DNA from: Candidatus Micrarchaeia archaeon
GTDB taxonomy: Archaea; Micrarchaeota; Micrarchaeia; Burarchaeales; Fermentimicrarchaeaceae
Assembly (NCBI GenBank): GCA_038871515.1
Contig: JAVZHX010000002.1
Coordinates: forward strand, 207,847 to 271,846
DNA: 64,000 bases
Reading direction: 5' to 3'
The notes below the pieces were generated by a model. The model saw nothing but the letters and a program-made list of their open reading frames with translations, ran no database searches and was not told the DNA's origin. A program made the translations under genes and the position numbers. Shown here in pieces: positions 10,232 to 21,235 of the stretch; positions within the stretch are counted from its first letter, which is position 1, and every line of letters starts with the position of its first letter.

Positions 10232-11310
10232 AAAGAAACTTCCTCCTTCATCTTTTTTATGAAAATTTCCTCGCTGAACTGCTTTGCCCTACTCTCGCAT
10301 GCTTTTCTGTATTTAAGTGGGTTCCTTGATACTTTTAACACTCCTCTTATTATATCTTTAACATCTGGTTTCACAAGCACCCCTGTTACTCCATCCTGCA
10401 CTGTTTCAAGGTAGCCTCCTTCTCTAACTGCAACAACAGGTTTGCCAGAAGCCATTGCCTCAATTGGCGTTAAGCCAAAATCCTCATCAAGGGCGGTTGT
10501 TATAAAACCCCTGCAGTTTGAGTAAAGCTCTGTTAACTCTTTTTCGCTTACTGAGCCAAGCATCCTGACGTTGGGTGGTAAATTCTGCAGCTCTTTTTGG
10601 TATCTCTCTGCTTGGTCACCTGCGCTGTAGCCACCTACGATGATGAGCTTTTCCTTTGGCATTCTCCTGAATGCCTCTATTTGTAATTCAATTCTCTTCT
10701 CAGGGTAGATTCTTGTTACTGAGAGCCAGAAGTCACCGCTTTTTTTGAATGAGAATTTATCAACAGCTACTGGTGGGTAGATCACTTTTGCTTCTCTGTT
10801 GTAGAATTTCTTTATTCTCCTTTGAATGTTCTTGCTTATTGCAATTATTTTATCAACTTTTTTGACTGCAAGTTTGTCAAAGCGGGAGTGCGTGTTCACC
10901 CATAGAAGGAAGAGGAGCTTTGAAATTAAATTGGAGCGCCTTTTGAGGGTGTATTCCTTCAAATCATAGAAAATTCTCACTGGCGTGTAGCAGTAAAGAA
11001 GGTTTGGCTTGTGCTTCCACACAGCGTAGCGCGCCCAGTTGCCAGAGAAAATGAAAAAATCGTATTTTTTTGAAAAGTCGCAGAGCGCAAACATAAGAGA
11101 AGTGTGAATCTGCTTGAAAGGAGGAAGCTTTATTGTTTCCCCCAAGCTGATTATTTTAACATCTTCAAACCCCATCTTTTTAATTGAATCCCTGTTTACG
11201 TCTGTTGTTATAACGTCTGCTTTCAGCGCCCTTGCCAGGGTTAGAGCTGTCTTTTCTCCTCCCCCAATTGCATCTATGTAATCATGGAAGATTGCAATCT
11301 TTTTATTCAT
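10228..11310 (-). CDS. Glycosyltransferase family 4 (WbaZ/ALG2-like mannosyltransferase)
   Basis: [34 protein letters not shown]. Confidence 0.88.
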   Translation of the reverse strand: MNKKIAIFHDYIDAIGGGEKTALTLARALKADVITTDVNRDSIKKMGFEDVKIISLGETIKLPPFKQIHTSLMFALCDFSKKYDFFIFSGNWARYAVWKHKPNLLYCYTPVRIFYDLKEYTLKRRSNLISKLLFLLWVNTHSRFDKLAVKKVDKIIAISKNIQRRIKKFYNREAKVIYPPVAVDKFSFKKSGDFWLSVTRIYPEKRIELQIEAFRRMPKEKLIIVGGYSAGDQAERYQKELQNLPPNVRMLGSVSEKELTELYSNCRGFITTALDEDFGLTPIEAMASGKPVVAVREGGYLETVQDGVTGVLVKPDVKDIIRGVLKVSRNPLKYRKACESRAKQFSEEIFIKKMKEEVSL

Positions 11311-12400
11311 TATAAACCCTCTCAAGTTTTTCAGTTATCTTCTCCCATCCGTAGTTATCAAGTTTTATTTTAACTCTCTTTCCAAGAAGCTGTTCTATTC
11401 CATCAGCAACCGCATTTTCAGAGAGGGGGACAACCTTTCCGTTAACTCCCTCCCTCACAAGCTCCTTTGCTGCGTTGTTTGGGCTTTCAACAGTTAGAAC
11501 CGGTAAACCGCATGCGTTTGCTTCAACTGCAATCATTCCAAACCCCTCCCTGCTGGAGGGGATAGCTAATACTCTGCTGGATTTGAGGTATGAGAAAACC
11601 TCCTCATGTTTTTTTAGAAAATTGTGGAACTCTATGTTTTTTTCCAGTTTAAGTGAGGAAGCAAGCTGGATGAGCTTTTCCTTTTCAGGCCCTTCCCCAA
11701 TTATGCAGCATTTTATATTTGGGTGTTTTGTTTTCAGCAGGGAAACTGCTTTGAGCAGCAAATCCACGTTCTTCTCCTTTATCAACCTTCCAATGAAAAT
11801 TACATCAAACTTCTTTTTTAGTGGTTTTGCTTTTTTCAGAGAGGGGTAGTCAATTCCGTTTGTGATTATGTGCACTTTCTTGTCTCTCCTGAGTTTTCTT
11901 TTTGTGAACTCTGAAACTGAAATTATGTTTGGTGAGAGGAGCAGTGCAAGTTTTTCAACAATTTTTCCAAAAATTCCAAGCAACCCTAAGTATTCATACC
12001 AGTAGTCTCCCCAGAATTCATGCCAGGTTACGAAAAGCTTTGAGCGTTTAACTGCTGATACAAATCTACATGAGAGAACTGGGAAGTAGGGGAAGTTTTG
12101 GCAGTCAATCACATCAAACTTTTCCTCTTTTAACAAAGCTGGGAGGAGCATTACCGCAAATTTTATTGCACCTGAAATTGAACGCCTGCCCACCTTTGTG
12201 TAAAGTGGGGGGGGAGAGCAAACCCCGTGAAGATAAACTCCCTCTCTCCATATTGCTTCCTCTCCTTCCCAAAATTTCAGGCAGAAGAGGTGAACCTCGT
12301 GGTTTTGGGAAAGCCTTTTAGAAAGTTCAAATATTCTTCTCTCAACTCCTCCTTTTGTGTAAGGATAAACTGCATCATACACAAATGCTATTCTCACCAA
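11303..12400 (-). CDS. Glycosyltransferase family 4
   Basis: [35 protein letters not shown]. Confidence 0.9.
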   Translation of the reverse strand: MVRIAFVYDAVYPYTKGGVERRIFELSKRLSQNHEVHLFCLKFWEGEEAIWREGVYLHGVCSPPPLYTKVGRRSISGAIKFAVMLLPALLKEEKFDVIDCQNFPYFPVLSCRFVSAVKRSKLFVTWHEFWGDYWYEYLGLLGIFGKIVEKLALLLSPNIISVSEFTKRKLRRDKKVHIITNGIDYPSLKKAKPLKKKFDVIFIGRLIKEKNVDLLLKAVSLLKTKHPNIKCCIIGEGPEKEKLIQLASSLKLEKNIEFHNFLKKHEEVFSYLKSSRVLAIPSSREGFGMIAVEANACGLPVLTVESPNNAAKELVREGVNGKVVPLSENAVADGIEQLLGKRVKIKLDNYGWEKITEKLERVYNE

Positions 12401-12406
12401 TTCACC

Positions 12407-13612
12407 TTACTCCTTCTTTGGAAGGGCGAGTATGCTGAGGAAGAATGATGAGAAAATTGCTTGTATTCCCAAAATTATTAAAGTTGATGAGAAGATGGCT
12501 CTTCTCACCTCAAAGAGGGGACCAAATTTGCTCATAACCCAGGAGTAGATTATATCAAAGCTCAGGATTAGTCCAAGAATTATCATGAGGATTCCAAGGA
12601 GGGAGGCTCTTTCCAATGAGAAGTGCTTGTAAACAAGTTTTACCAGCAGTGTTTCCTCCTCCAGGTGTGATGTTGCTGCGTAGGTTTTTGTGAAAATACC
12701 CATAATGAGAACCTGGAAGCCGACTATTGCGAGCAAGCTTGCAAGAACCATCGGATGTAAGTCTAATCTGAAGTTGAATAGAGTTATTGGGCCGTTTAGT
12801 AGAGCTAGAAGGAGAAGCAAACCCGTGAGGAACATGATGAAGCCAGGGATAAGGAAGAGGTAGTTTGGCGAGTAAAGCAACATAAATCTTAGATGTCTCC
12901 ACCCATCGCTGAAGGAGGAGAGCTTTGACTTGGTTTTTCTTGGGTGGTAGGTGATTGGAACTTCAAGTATTCTGAGCTTTTTCTTCATTGCCTTCACAAT
13001 CATCTCAGAGGCGAACTCCATTCCGGTTGTGTGCAAATCCAGTTTTTCAAGCGCATCCCTCCTTATTGCCCTGAAGCCAGTGTGAGCGTCGCTTATGCTT
13101 CCTCCAAAGAAAGTGTTCAAGAGGAAGGAGAGGAGAGGGTTGCCTATGTATCTATGAAGAAGGGGCATGGAGTTTGGGAGGATTTTTCCTTTAATTCTTG
13201 AGCCCAAAACTAAGTCTGCTTTGTTTTCTTTAAGCGGTTTCAGAAGTTTTGGTATTTCGTAAAAATCATATGTGTCATCCGCATCTCCCATTATGATGAG
13301 TTCTCCTTTTGCAACTGCAAAGCCAGCCATGTATGCGCTTCCGTATCCTTCAGAAGGTGGTTTTATCACTTTGGCGCCAAGTTTCCTGGCAATTTCAGGT
13401 GTTTTATCAGTTGAGGAGTCTGAAACGATAATTTCTCCGTTAATATTTTCTTTTTGTAATATTTCCTTGGTTTTTTTTATGCAAATTCCTATAGTTTTCT
13501 CTTCATTTTTAGATGGAAAAACCACCGAAACTTTTGTATTTTTTGTTTCCAAAATACCACTCCTCTTTATAGAATGTGGTGTTATGCTATTAATTGTTGT
13601 GGGAGATTTCAA
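12407..13612 (-). CDS. GT2 polyprenol-phosphate glycosyltransferase (DPM1-like) with C-terminal TM helices
   Basis: VSVVFPSKNEE, DSSTDKT, GYG, DADDTY, SDAHTGFRA, MEFASEM; start uncertain. Confidence 0.88.
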   Translation of the reverse strand: MKSPTTINSITPHSIKRSGILETKNTKVSVVFPSKNEEKTIGICIKKTKEILQKENINGEIIVSDSSTDKTPEIARKLGAKVIKPPSEGYGSAYMAGFAVAKGELIIMGDADDTYDFYEIPKLLKPLKENKADLVLGSRIKGKILPNSMPLLHRYIGNPLLSFLLNTFFGGSISDAHTGFRAIRRDALEKLDLHTTGMEFASEMIVKAMKKKLRILEVPITYHPRKTKSKLSSFSDGWRHLRFMLLYSPNYLFLIPGFIMFLTGLLLLLALLNGPITLFNFRLDLHPMVLASLLAIVGFQVLIMGIFTKTYAATSHLEEETLLVKLVYKHFSLERASLLGILMIILGLILSFDIIYSWVMSKFGPLFEVRRAIFSSTLIILGIQAIFSSFFLSILALPKKE

Positions 13613-15743
13613 TTTTTATCCAGTCAACTTGGATGCCTAGTTCTCTTGCATCTTTGGAGCCGTAATCACTTGGTTTCCAAGTATTGGTTTTCAGTGTAAG
13701 AATCTGATATGCGGGATTTAAACAGTTTTGTGGTACTGCAAAGCTAAACACAAAAACTCCACTTGTTTTTTGGGAGCTGTAAACAGAGCAATTGTTTACA
13801 AAAACCTCAATGTTCGCTGGATTTTGTGGGGGCCTGTGGCCTCCACTTAGAATTGTTATATTCATATCACCAAAATCTTTTGGATAGATAATTTTTACGC
13901 CAGAAATATTCTTTGTCCATCTGATTTTTTGGTTTTCGGGGTCCCAGAAATTCCAGACTATGCCCCAATCATCTTTTCCTATGTCTATTGAGTATTCTCC
14001 CGTGGTATTCAGGATACGGGTGATTTCGTTGATTTTGTCTTCATTGCTGCATTCGATACAGTATAATTTATATCCGTTGTTTGAAGAAACAACAAGTTTG
14101 TAAGGAAGAATTCTGGTTGAAATTATATAAGTGGCGTTTCCGTCATATTTGTCGAGTGGAGAATCTTTTTCAATGGAGTAGAGTACCAGGTTACCTTGCA
14201 TCCAGAATCTTGTTAAAAACCACATCCGTTTATTGGCGTAGAAATCATTCGCATCCATTAACACCGTAGTGTTGTCCGTGCTATGTTTTTGTAAGTATCT
14301 TCCAATTTGATTAACATTCTCCATATCGATAGAATTTTTGTATTGTTGATTAAATAAGGGAATTGATAACCATATTGATAGAAGGATTAAGAATAATAAA
14401 AGAATAGTCATTCCAGTTTTATTATTTTTTACAGCTATTAATGTTAGAGCCAACGTAAGAAAGCCCAGAACAATCAGAAAAAGTTCTAGGGATAGATTGC
14501 TAAGTTTTTGGACATAGTTTATTCCAAATGTGGATGGAAATTTGTGATCTACGTGGGGAAAAGTAGATACAACAAGGGCAGTAATAGCGATATATGTGAC
14601 GATTATGGTTACAGTCGGAAATTTATTTTTTCGCAGTTGATCAAATCCGATAACACCGAGTATAAAAATTGGTGCGATGAGTGGATCTACGTACCTCACA
14701 AAGAGTGTGTAGCGTATATCACCGGTAACAAAGTTTTTGTGCATATGGAGTGTAGCCATTAGAACCGATAGAAAGGAGGAGACGGTGATGTACGAAAACA
14801 GCGTCAGATATTCATATCTTAGTGTTTTTTTGTTCTTATCGTTTTTGAGGACTGAGTAAAGAGCATAAATGAAAAATGCAAAATATGTTGTGATGATTAA
14901 GTAATCTATTTCGTGAATTGCCAGATTTATAAAAATTATGAAAGAATCAAAATTACTGAAAATGTTGAATATTGTATTTATGTATGCTTGATTATCATAA
15001 TCAAACACTACCAGCTGATTTGTTGTGTAATTAAGTTTGTAAAAGAACCATAGTAAAAGGGGTAGGATAAACGAAGCCATCGAAGCAAGTTCATTTCTTA
15101 CCGCAGGTATACGATCTCCTTTGGATTGCTTAAGTATAAAATATACCTTGGCAAACACTATTCCACCGAGCATTGCTATTCCAGTCGCACGCGTTAGCAG
15201 TAAGAGGAATATGGAAAACCATAGCAGGATATTGAAAATGGGCTTTTTTTTTGATGCTGATTCGATTAAGAACCAGCATGAGAATAGGAATAATGGGATG
15301 AAAAGATTTTCGCTCATCAGAACAAAAGAGTATATAGATGACGAGGGTAAACATGAAACAACTATGGAGAACCCTATTGCTTCAAGCTTATTAACAAATT
15401 TCTTTAGGATAAAATAAGCTGGGAATATTATGGATGAGGATAGTATTGCATTGATAAGTAACATAGTATGATAGACTACGTCTTTATTTGCAGAGAGATA
15501 GGCAATTGATAAGAAGAGGGGGTAGCCTGGTGGGTATAATTGTGCGTGTTTAAGTTCACTCACGAACTTGCCTATCAATATATTTTTTGCAGTGTTGTCA
15601 TAGATGGTTTCGTCAGCAAAAATCCACGGAGTGGGGAATGCCAACGAGACAATAGTTTTGACGACAACCAGCAGAATGAAAAAGATGGCTAGTAAAAAGC
15701 TGTCTGAGTATGCAGATTTTTTGAATATTTTGAAGAACATCAA
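13590..15743 (-). CDS. Multi-TM membrane protein, probable GT-C fold glycosyltransferase with C-terminal extracellular beta domain
   Basis: ADE motif in first loop, YPPGYPLFL, MSENLF, about 13 TM; C-terminal RWT...WKP...DARELGIQVDWI. Confidence 0.7.
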   Translation of the reverse strand: MMFFKIFKKSAYSDSFLLAIFFILLVVVKTIVSLAFPTPWIFADETIYDNTAKNILIGKFVSELKHAQLYPPGYPLFLSIAYLSANKDVVYHTMLLINAILSSSIIFPAYFILKKFVNKLEAIGFSIVVSCLPSSSIYSFVLMSENLFIPLFLFSCWFLIESASKKKPIFNILLWFSIFLLLLTRATGIAMLGGIVFAKVYFILKQSKGDRIPAVRNELASMASFILPLLLWFFYKLNYTTNQLVVFDYDNQAYINTIFNIFSNFDSFIIFINLAIHEIDYLIITTYFAFFIYALYSVLKNDKNKKTLRYEYLTLFSYITVSSFLSVLMATLHMHKNFVTGDIRYTLFVRYVDPLIAPIFILGVIGFDQLRKNKFPTVTIIVTYIAITALVVSTFPHVDHKFPSTFGINYVQKLSNLSLELFLIVLGFLTLALTLIAVKNNKTGMTILLLFLILLSIWLSIPLFNQQYKNSIDMENVNQIGRYLQKHSTDNTTVLMDANDFYANKRMWFLTRFWMQGNLVLYSIEKDSPLDKYDGNATYIISTRILPYKLVVSSNNGYKLYCIECSNEDKINEITRILNTTGEYSIDIGKDDWGIVWNFWDPENQKIRWTKNISGVKIIYPKDFGDMNITILSGGHRPPQNPANIEVFVNNCSVYSSQKTSGVFVFSFAVPQNCLNPAYQILTLKTNTWKPSDYGSKDARELGIQVDWIKIEISHNN

Positions 15744-15810
15744 ATCAGCTCTACACGAATCGGTACATAGAGAACAATCGTTTTTGAGGCATCAATATTT
15801 AAATTCTTAA

Positions 15811-16758
15811 TTGAGGATGTTATCTGTGAAACTTGCAGTAATAATCCCTGCGTATAACGAAGAAAAAACAATCGGCAAAGTTATTCGTGAGATTCCAAGA
15901 AAGATAAGTGGAGTGAACAAGGTTGAGGTTATAGTTGTTGATGATGGCTCAACAGATGGAACTGCTTCTGAGGCGCTCAAAGCAGGAGCGGATAGGGTTA
16001 TACGCCACAAGGTAAACAAAGGGTTGGCTGTGTCTTTTAGGGATGGGTTGGATGCTGCTTTGGAAAGCAAGGCAGATGTGATAGTGAATTTGGATGCTGA
16101 CTTTCAGTACAACCCAAAGGAGATTCCAAAGCTGATAAAACCAATAATAGATGGTGAGGCGGATTTGGTTTTAACTGACAGAAACGTTTGGAAGCTTCCC
16201 CATATGCCTCTTCAGAAGAAAGTTGGAAATAAGCTGGCAAGCTGGGTTGTGAGGTTTTTAACTGGTTTTCCTGTGAGGGATGCGCAGAGTGGCTTTCGCG
16301 CTTTTTCAAGGGAAGCTGCATTGAATTTGAACATTCTTTCAGATTACACGTATGTTCAGGAAACAATAATACAGACAGTTTTCAAGAAAATGAAAATAGT
16401 GCAGGTTCCGTGCGAGTTCAGGGCAAGGGAGGGGAGGAGTAGGTTAATTGGAAGCATATGGTCGTATGCAAAGAAAGCAGGGATGACAATTGTTTTAACC
16501 TACGTTCATTACAAACCACTGAAAGTTTTCCTGAGCATTGGGTTGTTTTTGATTCTGCTGGGTTTGGTGCTTGGGTTGAGAGTGCTTGTTCATTTTCTAA
16601 CCACTGGAATGGTGAGCCCGTACATACCAACTGCAATTCTCACGGCGATATTGCTGATAGTCGGTTTTCAAGTTGTGATGATGGGTTTAATTGCAGATTC
16701 AATTAATGCTAATAGGAGGAGTGTTGAGAGAGTTTTGTACTCCTTAAAGAAAAGATAG
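15811..16758 (+). CDS. GT2 glycosyltransferase (DPM/DPG synthase-like)
   Basis: IIPAYNEE, VDDGSTDGT, DADFQY, DAQSGFRA, two C-terminal TM helices. Confidence 0.9.
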   Translation: MRMLSVKLAVIIPAYNEEKTIGKVIREIPRKISGVNKVEVIVVDDGSTDGTASEALKAGADRVIRHKVNKGLAVSFRDGLDAALESKADVIVNLDADFQYNPKEIPKLIKPIIDGEADLVLTDRNVWKLPHMPLQKKVGNKLASWVVRFLTGFPVRDAQSGFRAFSREAALNLNILSDYTYVQETIIQTVFKKMKIVQVPCEFRAREGRSRLIGSIWSYAKKAGMTIVLTYVHYKPLKVFLSIGLFLILLGLVLGLRVLVHFLTTGMVSPYIPTAILTAILLIVGFQVVMMGLIADSINANRRSVERVLYSLKKR

Positions 16759-16768
16759 GAGGTAAATA

Positions 16769-17329
16769 ATGGGGTTGTTGTCACCTTTTTTGAGGAAATG
16801 GAGAATTAAGAAGGTATCAAAGTGGTTGGTTGGGAATAGAATTCTTGACTGTGGGTGTGGTGATGGGAGCTTGCTGGATGTCATTAGTGAGGATACATAT
16901 TATGTTGGAATTGATGTAAACGAGGAGCGTATAGAGAAAGATAAAAAGAGGGGCAGGAGGAATGCAAGATTTTTGTTGGGAGATGTTGAACAGGACGAGT
17001 TGAAGGTGGGTAAATTTGATGTGGTAGTTGCATGCGCATTAATCGAGCATCTTAAAAATCCGAAAAAATTTCTATTGAAAATTTCGAAGTTGCTAAGCAA
17101 AAATGGGAGGATTCTGATCACCACTCCAACTGTGGAAGCGGATAGAATTTTGAATCTCGGTTCAAATATTGGCATTTTTGATAAAGAAGCATATAAGGAA
17201 CATAGAGGTTATTGGGGTATCAATGAGTTTAAAGAGGTGGCTAAAGAGCTTAATCTCACCATATACCATTACGAAAAATTCCAGTTTGGATTAAATCAGC
17301 TTATAGTGTTAAGCAAAGGTAGAAAGTAA
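16769..17329 (+). CDS. Class I SAM-dependent methyltransferase
   Basis: ILDCGCGDG, GID, FDVVV, LIEHL, ITTP; AGGAGG RBS. Confidence 0.88.
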   Translation: MGLLSPFLRKWRIKKVSKWLVGNRILDCGCGDGSLLDVISEDTYYVGIDVNEERIEKDKKRGRRNARFLLGDVEQDELKVGKFDVVVACALIEHLKNPKKFLLKISKLLSKNGRILITTPTVEADRILNLGSNIGIFDKEAYKEHRGYWGINEFKEVAKELNLTIYHYEKFQFGLNQLIVLSKGRK

Positions 17330-17341
17330 GAGAAAAGAGGA

Positions 17342-20300
17342 TCACGATAGATCGCTTATTTCACCCTCTGATAATGCTCTGTTGTATACTCTCACATCGT
17401 CTATTGTTCCGTATATTATAGCACCTTGTTGCTGTCTTCCAATGTAGAAGTTTGCGATTGTCGGCTGGATTGCGGAGATTTCTTTTATATCGCTCTGCAA
17501 AACTCCATCAACATATAACATCATGTGCGTTCCGTTCCAAACTCCTGCTATGTGATGCCAGTTGGTATCTATTGCTGTGTTAGAAGAAACCACCACAGTT
17601 GCACTGTCATCTGATTTTCTTAAATAAAATGAAATTTTGTTGTTTGCTTCTTGGTTGATTGAATAACTGCGTTGCCCTGTTGCAGCATTCCATCTGCTGA
17701 CAATTGTCCTCGCACCTGTTAAGCTTGTGTTTGATGTTTTGAACCAAACGGAGAGAGTTAGTTGAGTGAAATTTCTTAAAATTGAGGAATTGCCACAGGA
17801 GACGCTGGTGGTACTAAGTCCGTTGAAGCGCAATGCGTTTCCGTATTTTCCTGTTGTCCAGGTTGCACCTGAGATGGTGCAGGTGTTTCCATTACCACTG
17901 GAGTCGTTTGCTGTGCTTCCTGATCCTTCATTGAGGTTCCAGTAACCTCTTAAATTAGCAAGATCTGCAATCTGTCTGGATGTGAGGGCAGTGCTGTATA
18001 CTCTCACATCGTCTATTGTTCCGTATATTATAGCACCTTGTTGCTGTCTTCCAATGTAGAAGTTTGCGATTGTCGGCTGGATTGCGGAGATTTCTTTTAT
18101 ATCGCTCTGCAAAACTCCATCAACATATAACATCATGTGCGTTCCGTTCCAAACTCCTGCTATGTGATGCCAGTTGGTATCTATTGCTGTGTTAGAAGAA
18201 ACCACCACAGTTGCACTGTCATCTGATTTTCTTAAATAAAATGAAATTTTGTTGTTTGCTTCTTGGTTGATTGAATAACTGCGTTGCCCTGTTGTAGCAT
18301 TCCATCTGCTGACAATTGTCCTCGCACCTGTTAAGCTTGTGTTTGATGTTTTGAACCAAACGGAGAGAGTTAGTTGAGTGAAATCTCTTAAAATTGAGGA
18401 ATTGCCACAGGAGACGCTGGTGGTACTAAGTCCGTTGAAGCGCAATGCGTTTCCATATTTTCCTGTTGTCCAGGTTGCACCTGAGATGGTGCAGGTGTTT
18501 CCATTACCACTGGAGTCGTTTGCTGTTGTTCCAGTTCCTTCATTTAAATTCCAGTAACCAACCAAACCAGTTCCCTGGGAGGAATAGGGAAGGTAGTCCG
18601 TGTTAATGGAGCAGTTCACCCCAGGCGTGCAGCTTCTGTTGTAATAAACATCATACGCAGAATCACAGAACCCATCCATATTCGCATCCAAACAGCTATC
18701 CGAGTAGCCATTTGCACCTGGGGTTGTCCAGTAGTTTCCACCCAACGCTCCATAAAGATAAACCCTGCTCCCTCCACTGCGGGTTCTATTCCAGTAGTTT
18801 GAGTAGGTGCTTCCCGCGATGTAAACGTTTCTGGTGTTGTTGAAAAGGTTGTTGTAAATTTTGTTCTCTGGCGAACCGGAGTAATACAAACGCATACCAT
18901 AAGAACCGCAGTTAGTTATCCTTGAATCCCTTATTGTTGTATTTATCGCATAACCAATGTAGAAACCACTTGCAGATGCGTTAGCAATTGTTACGTTCAC
19001 AAATTCATTATGCCAAGAGTCATCGGAATAGATAATTCCATCTGCAGATGCATCCGCATAGGCAGAGAGATAGACATTTTCAAATTTGTTATAATCCGCA
19101 ACCTCCAATGTAAGCCCATCATCCGTGTTGTTCACAGCAGTTATGTTGCGGAATATGTTGTAGTTTGAGTAATACGGCTCTATGCCAAAAACATTTGAAT
19201 TTGCAGTTATGTTCGTTAGATTGTTGTTTCTTGAACTGTAGTCAAGCGCAACTCCCCAGTAGAAATCCTGAACGTTGCAGTTTCTTATTGTGTTGTTCAC
19301 TGCGTAAAGCCCAACATAGATTCCAAAGTACGAGTAGGTACCGCTTCCATAAATTGTGTATCCCCTGCAGTCAAGCGTTGTGTTCTGCGTGCGATTTGCG
19401 AAAAGCACCCCATATTCACTTGCACTCAAATCTGTGAAGAGGCAGTAGCGTGAGTTGTTTTTGTTTATTAGGTAGTTTGATGTATATACTAGGTAATCGC
19501 ATCCGGGTATTGTAGGTGGCTCCAGTGTTGTGGTTGAGACAACGTTTGACAAGTCAGAGGGGTTGCCAACCTCGTCATATACTTTTATTGCAAAGTAATA
19601 CGTTGTTTCCGGCAACAAACCAGTTACAGTGAACTCCTCCGCTGAGCCGTTCTCTCCAGGGGTTGGGGTGTTCCTGGCCAGAGTTGCATAATTGAAATTC
19701 TCTTCAGTTATCTCAGAGGTGGAGTAACGTATCTCGTAATAAGTTGCATTTCCCTCGTTTCCATCATCGCCAACAGCTGTCCAACTGAGCGTAACGTTGG
19801 TTACGCCAGTAACGGCAACCTCCAAATCACTTATCGCTGCTGGCGGGGTGTCATCCTCGTGCAATGCATTGTATAAATTCAATCTGCCGTTGCTCACAAC
19901 TTTTCCATCCAAAGAATCAAGCCTGTCAACTGAATACATAATTCTTGCTTTTATCTGGCTTGCATTCAAATCAGGGTATTTTGCTTTTATCAGGGCTGCT
20001 GCGCCTGAAACAAAGGGAGTTGCCATACTTGTGCCTGACAGGTAACCGTAGCCAGAAGGGTCACATAATTCACAGGTTCCGGTTGGAAGTGTTGAGTATA
20101 TATCCACTCCAGGTGCGCCAACATCAACGGTTGTTGCCCCGTAGTTTGAGAAGGAAGCCAGTGAATCATTGTTGTCAGTGGCTGCAACGCAAATTATGTT
20201 TGGAAGGTTGTAGCTGCACGGGTAGGTTGGGCTGGCATCGTTGTTTGAACCAGAGTTTCCGGCAGCTGCAATAAACAGGGTGTTGTTTGCGCTTGCCGTG

Positions 20301-21208
20301 TTGTAACCGCTGATTGCATCGTAAAGTGCTTTGGAATAACCGCCGCCTCCCCAGCTGTTGCTGAGTATTCTGAAGCCCATAATGTTGGCGTAGTTGATTG
20401 CGCTGATCGCACCGCTGGTGTAACCATAACCATCAGCACTTAGGAATTTCAGCGCTGCAATTTTCACCCTCCAGTTCACTCCAGCAACTCCAACGCTGTT
20501 GTTGCCAACCGCACCAATTATGCCTGCGCAGTGGGTTCCATGCCCATAGTCATCCATTGGGTCGTTATCATTGTTGTAGAAATCCCAGCCGTGCGAGCCG
20601 TCTATTGGGTTCGTCCACATATTGTCTTCCAAATCGGGGTGGGTGTAATCAACTCCCGTATCTATAACTGCAACCACAACGTCATCAGAGCCATTTATTA
20701 TATCCCATGCATCAAGCGCATCCACGTCTGCTCCAGGGGTTCCGCTGAGCTGCCCGCTGTTGTTCAAACCCCACTGCAGGTAGAAGTAGGGGTCGTTGGG
20801 CACCTCCACAGCACGCACAACGTAATCCGGCTCAGCATACTCCACGCTCGGATCTTTATTATACTCCTCAACAATTTTTTTAATGTCAGAGTTTCTTGGA
20901 AGCTTCAAAATGTATAATCTATCCAAATCCTTAATTGAAGTTTTTTTAAGAAGTTTCTCAGCAGATGCTCCGTATTTTAAATTCAGCATTCTGAGCGAGT
21001 TTGTCTCCTTCAGAATTCCCTTCTCAAATCTGTCTTCTTTAAATTTAACAATAATTCTATTCGTAGCATAGCTTGGCGCAAGCTCTGGCTGAGCAGGTAT
21101 GCGGAGTGTTTTTGAGGTTTCGTTGAAAAGAGGTATTTCCTCGGATGCTCCCGCAAGGGAGACGGAGAGAAAAAGAAAGAGCAGCACCAGAGAGAAGGAT
21201 TTTTTCAT
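17342..21208 (-). CDS. Secreted S8 subtilase: signal peptide, propeptide, catalytic domain, FN3, beta-helix (NosD/PbH1) and two LamG-like domains
   Basis: Catalytic triad motifs VIDTG, HGTHCAG, GTSMATP; AAAGN; FN3 LSWTA...GLLPETTYYF; repeated WHHIAGVW...GTIDDVRVY. Confidence 0.92.
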   Translation of the reverse strand: MKKSFSLVLLFLFLSVSLAGASEEIPLFNETSKTLRIPAQPELAPSYATNRIIVKFKEDRFEKGILKETNSLRMLNLKYGASAEKLLKKTSIKDLDRLYILKLPRNSDIKKIVEEYNKDPSVEYAEPDYVVRAVEVPNDPYFYLQWGLNNSGQLSGTPGADVDALDAWDIINGSDDVVVAVIDTGVDYTHPDLEDNMWTNPIDGSHGWDFYNNDNDPMDDYGHGTHCAGIIGAVGNNSVGVAGVNWRVKIAALKFLSADGYGYTSGAISAINYANIMGFRILSNSWGGGGYSKALYDAISGYNTASANNTLFIAAAGNSGSNNDASPTYPCSYNLPNIICVAATDNNDSLASFSNYGATTVDVGAPGVDIYSTLPTGTCELCDPSGYGYLSGTSMATPFVSGAAALIKAKYPDLNASQIKARIMYSVDRLDSLDGKVVSNGRLNLYNALHEDDTPPAAISDLEVAVTGVTNVTLSWTAVGDDGNEGNATYYEIRYSTSEITEENFNYATLARNTPTPGENGSAEEFTVTGLLPETTYYFAIKVYDEVGNPSDLSNVVSTTTLEPPTIPGCDYLVYTSNYLINKNNSRYCLFTDLSASEYGVLFANRTQNTTLDCRGYTIYGSGTYSYFGIYVGLYAVNNTIRNCNVQDFYWGVALDYSSRNNNLTNITANSNVFGIEPYYSNYNIFRNITAVNNTDDGLTLEVADYNKFENVYLSAYADASADGIIYSDDSWHNEFVNVTIANASASGFYIGYAINTTIRDSRITNCGSYGMRLYYSGSPENKIYNNLFNNTRNVYIAGSTYSNYWNRTRSGGSRVYLYGALGGNYWTTPGANGYSDSCLDANMDGFCDSAYDVYYNRSCTPGVNCSINTDYLPYSSQGTGLVGYWNLNEGTGTTANDSSGNGNTCTISGATWTTGKYGNALRFNGLSTTSVSCGNSSILRDFTQLTLSVWFKTSNTSLTGARTIVSRWNATTGQRSYSINQEANNKISFYLRKSDDSATVVVSSNTAIDTNWHHIAGVWNGTHMMLYVDGVLQSDIKEISAIQPTIANFYIGRQQQGAIIYGTIDDVRVYSTALTSRQIADLANLRGYWNLNEGSGSTANDSSGNGNTCTISGATWTTGKYGNALRFNGLSTTSVSCGNSSILRNFTQLTLSVWFKTSNTSLTGARTIVSRWNAATGQRSYSINQEANNKISFYLRKSDDSATVVVSSNTAIDTNWHHIAGVWNGTHMMLYVDGVLQSDIKEISAIQPTIANFYIGRQQQGAIIYGTIDDVRVYNRALSEGEISDLS
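17383..18526. repeat. Near-identical intragenic tandem duplication (period 612 bp) of the LamG domain
   Basis: 17383-17914 matches 17995-18526 with about 3 substitutions by eye. Confidence 0.92.
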
Positions 21209-21235
21209 ACACCACCACCTTTGCTTGTTGTTTAT

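Noticed and set aside
17383-18526. Near-identical repeats as a DGR template/variable repeat pair
   Set aside because: Both copies are in-frame coding, there are too few mismatches to show adenine-specific mutagenesis, and no reverse transcriptase is in the window
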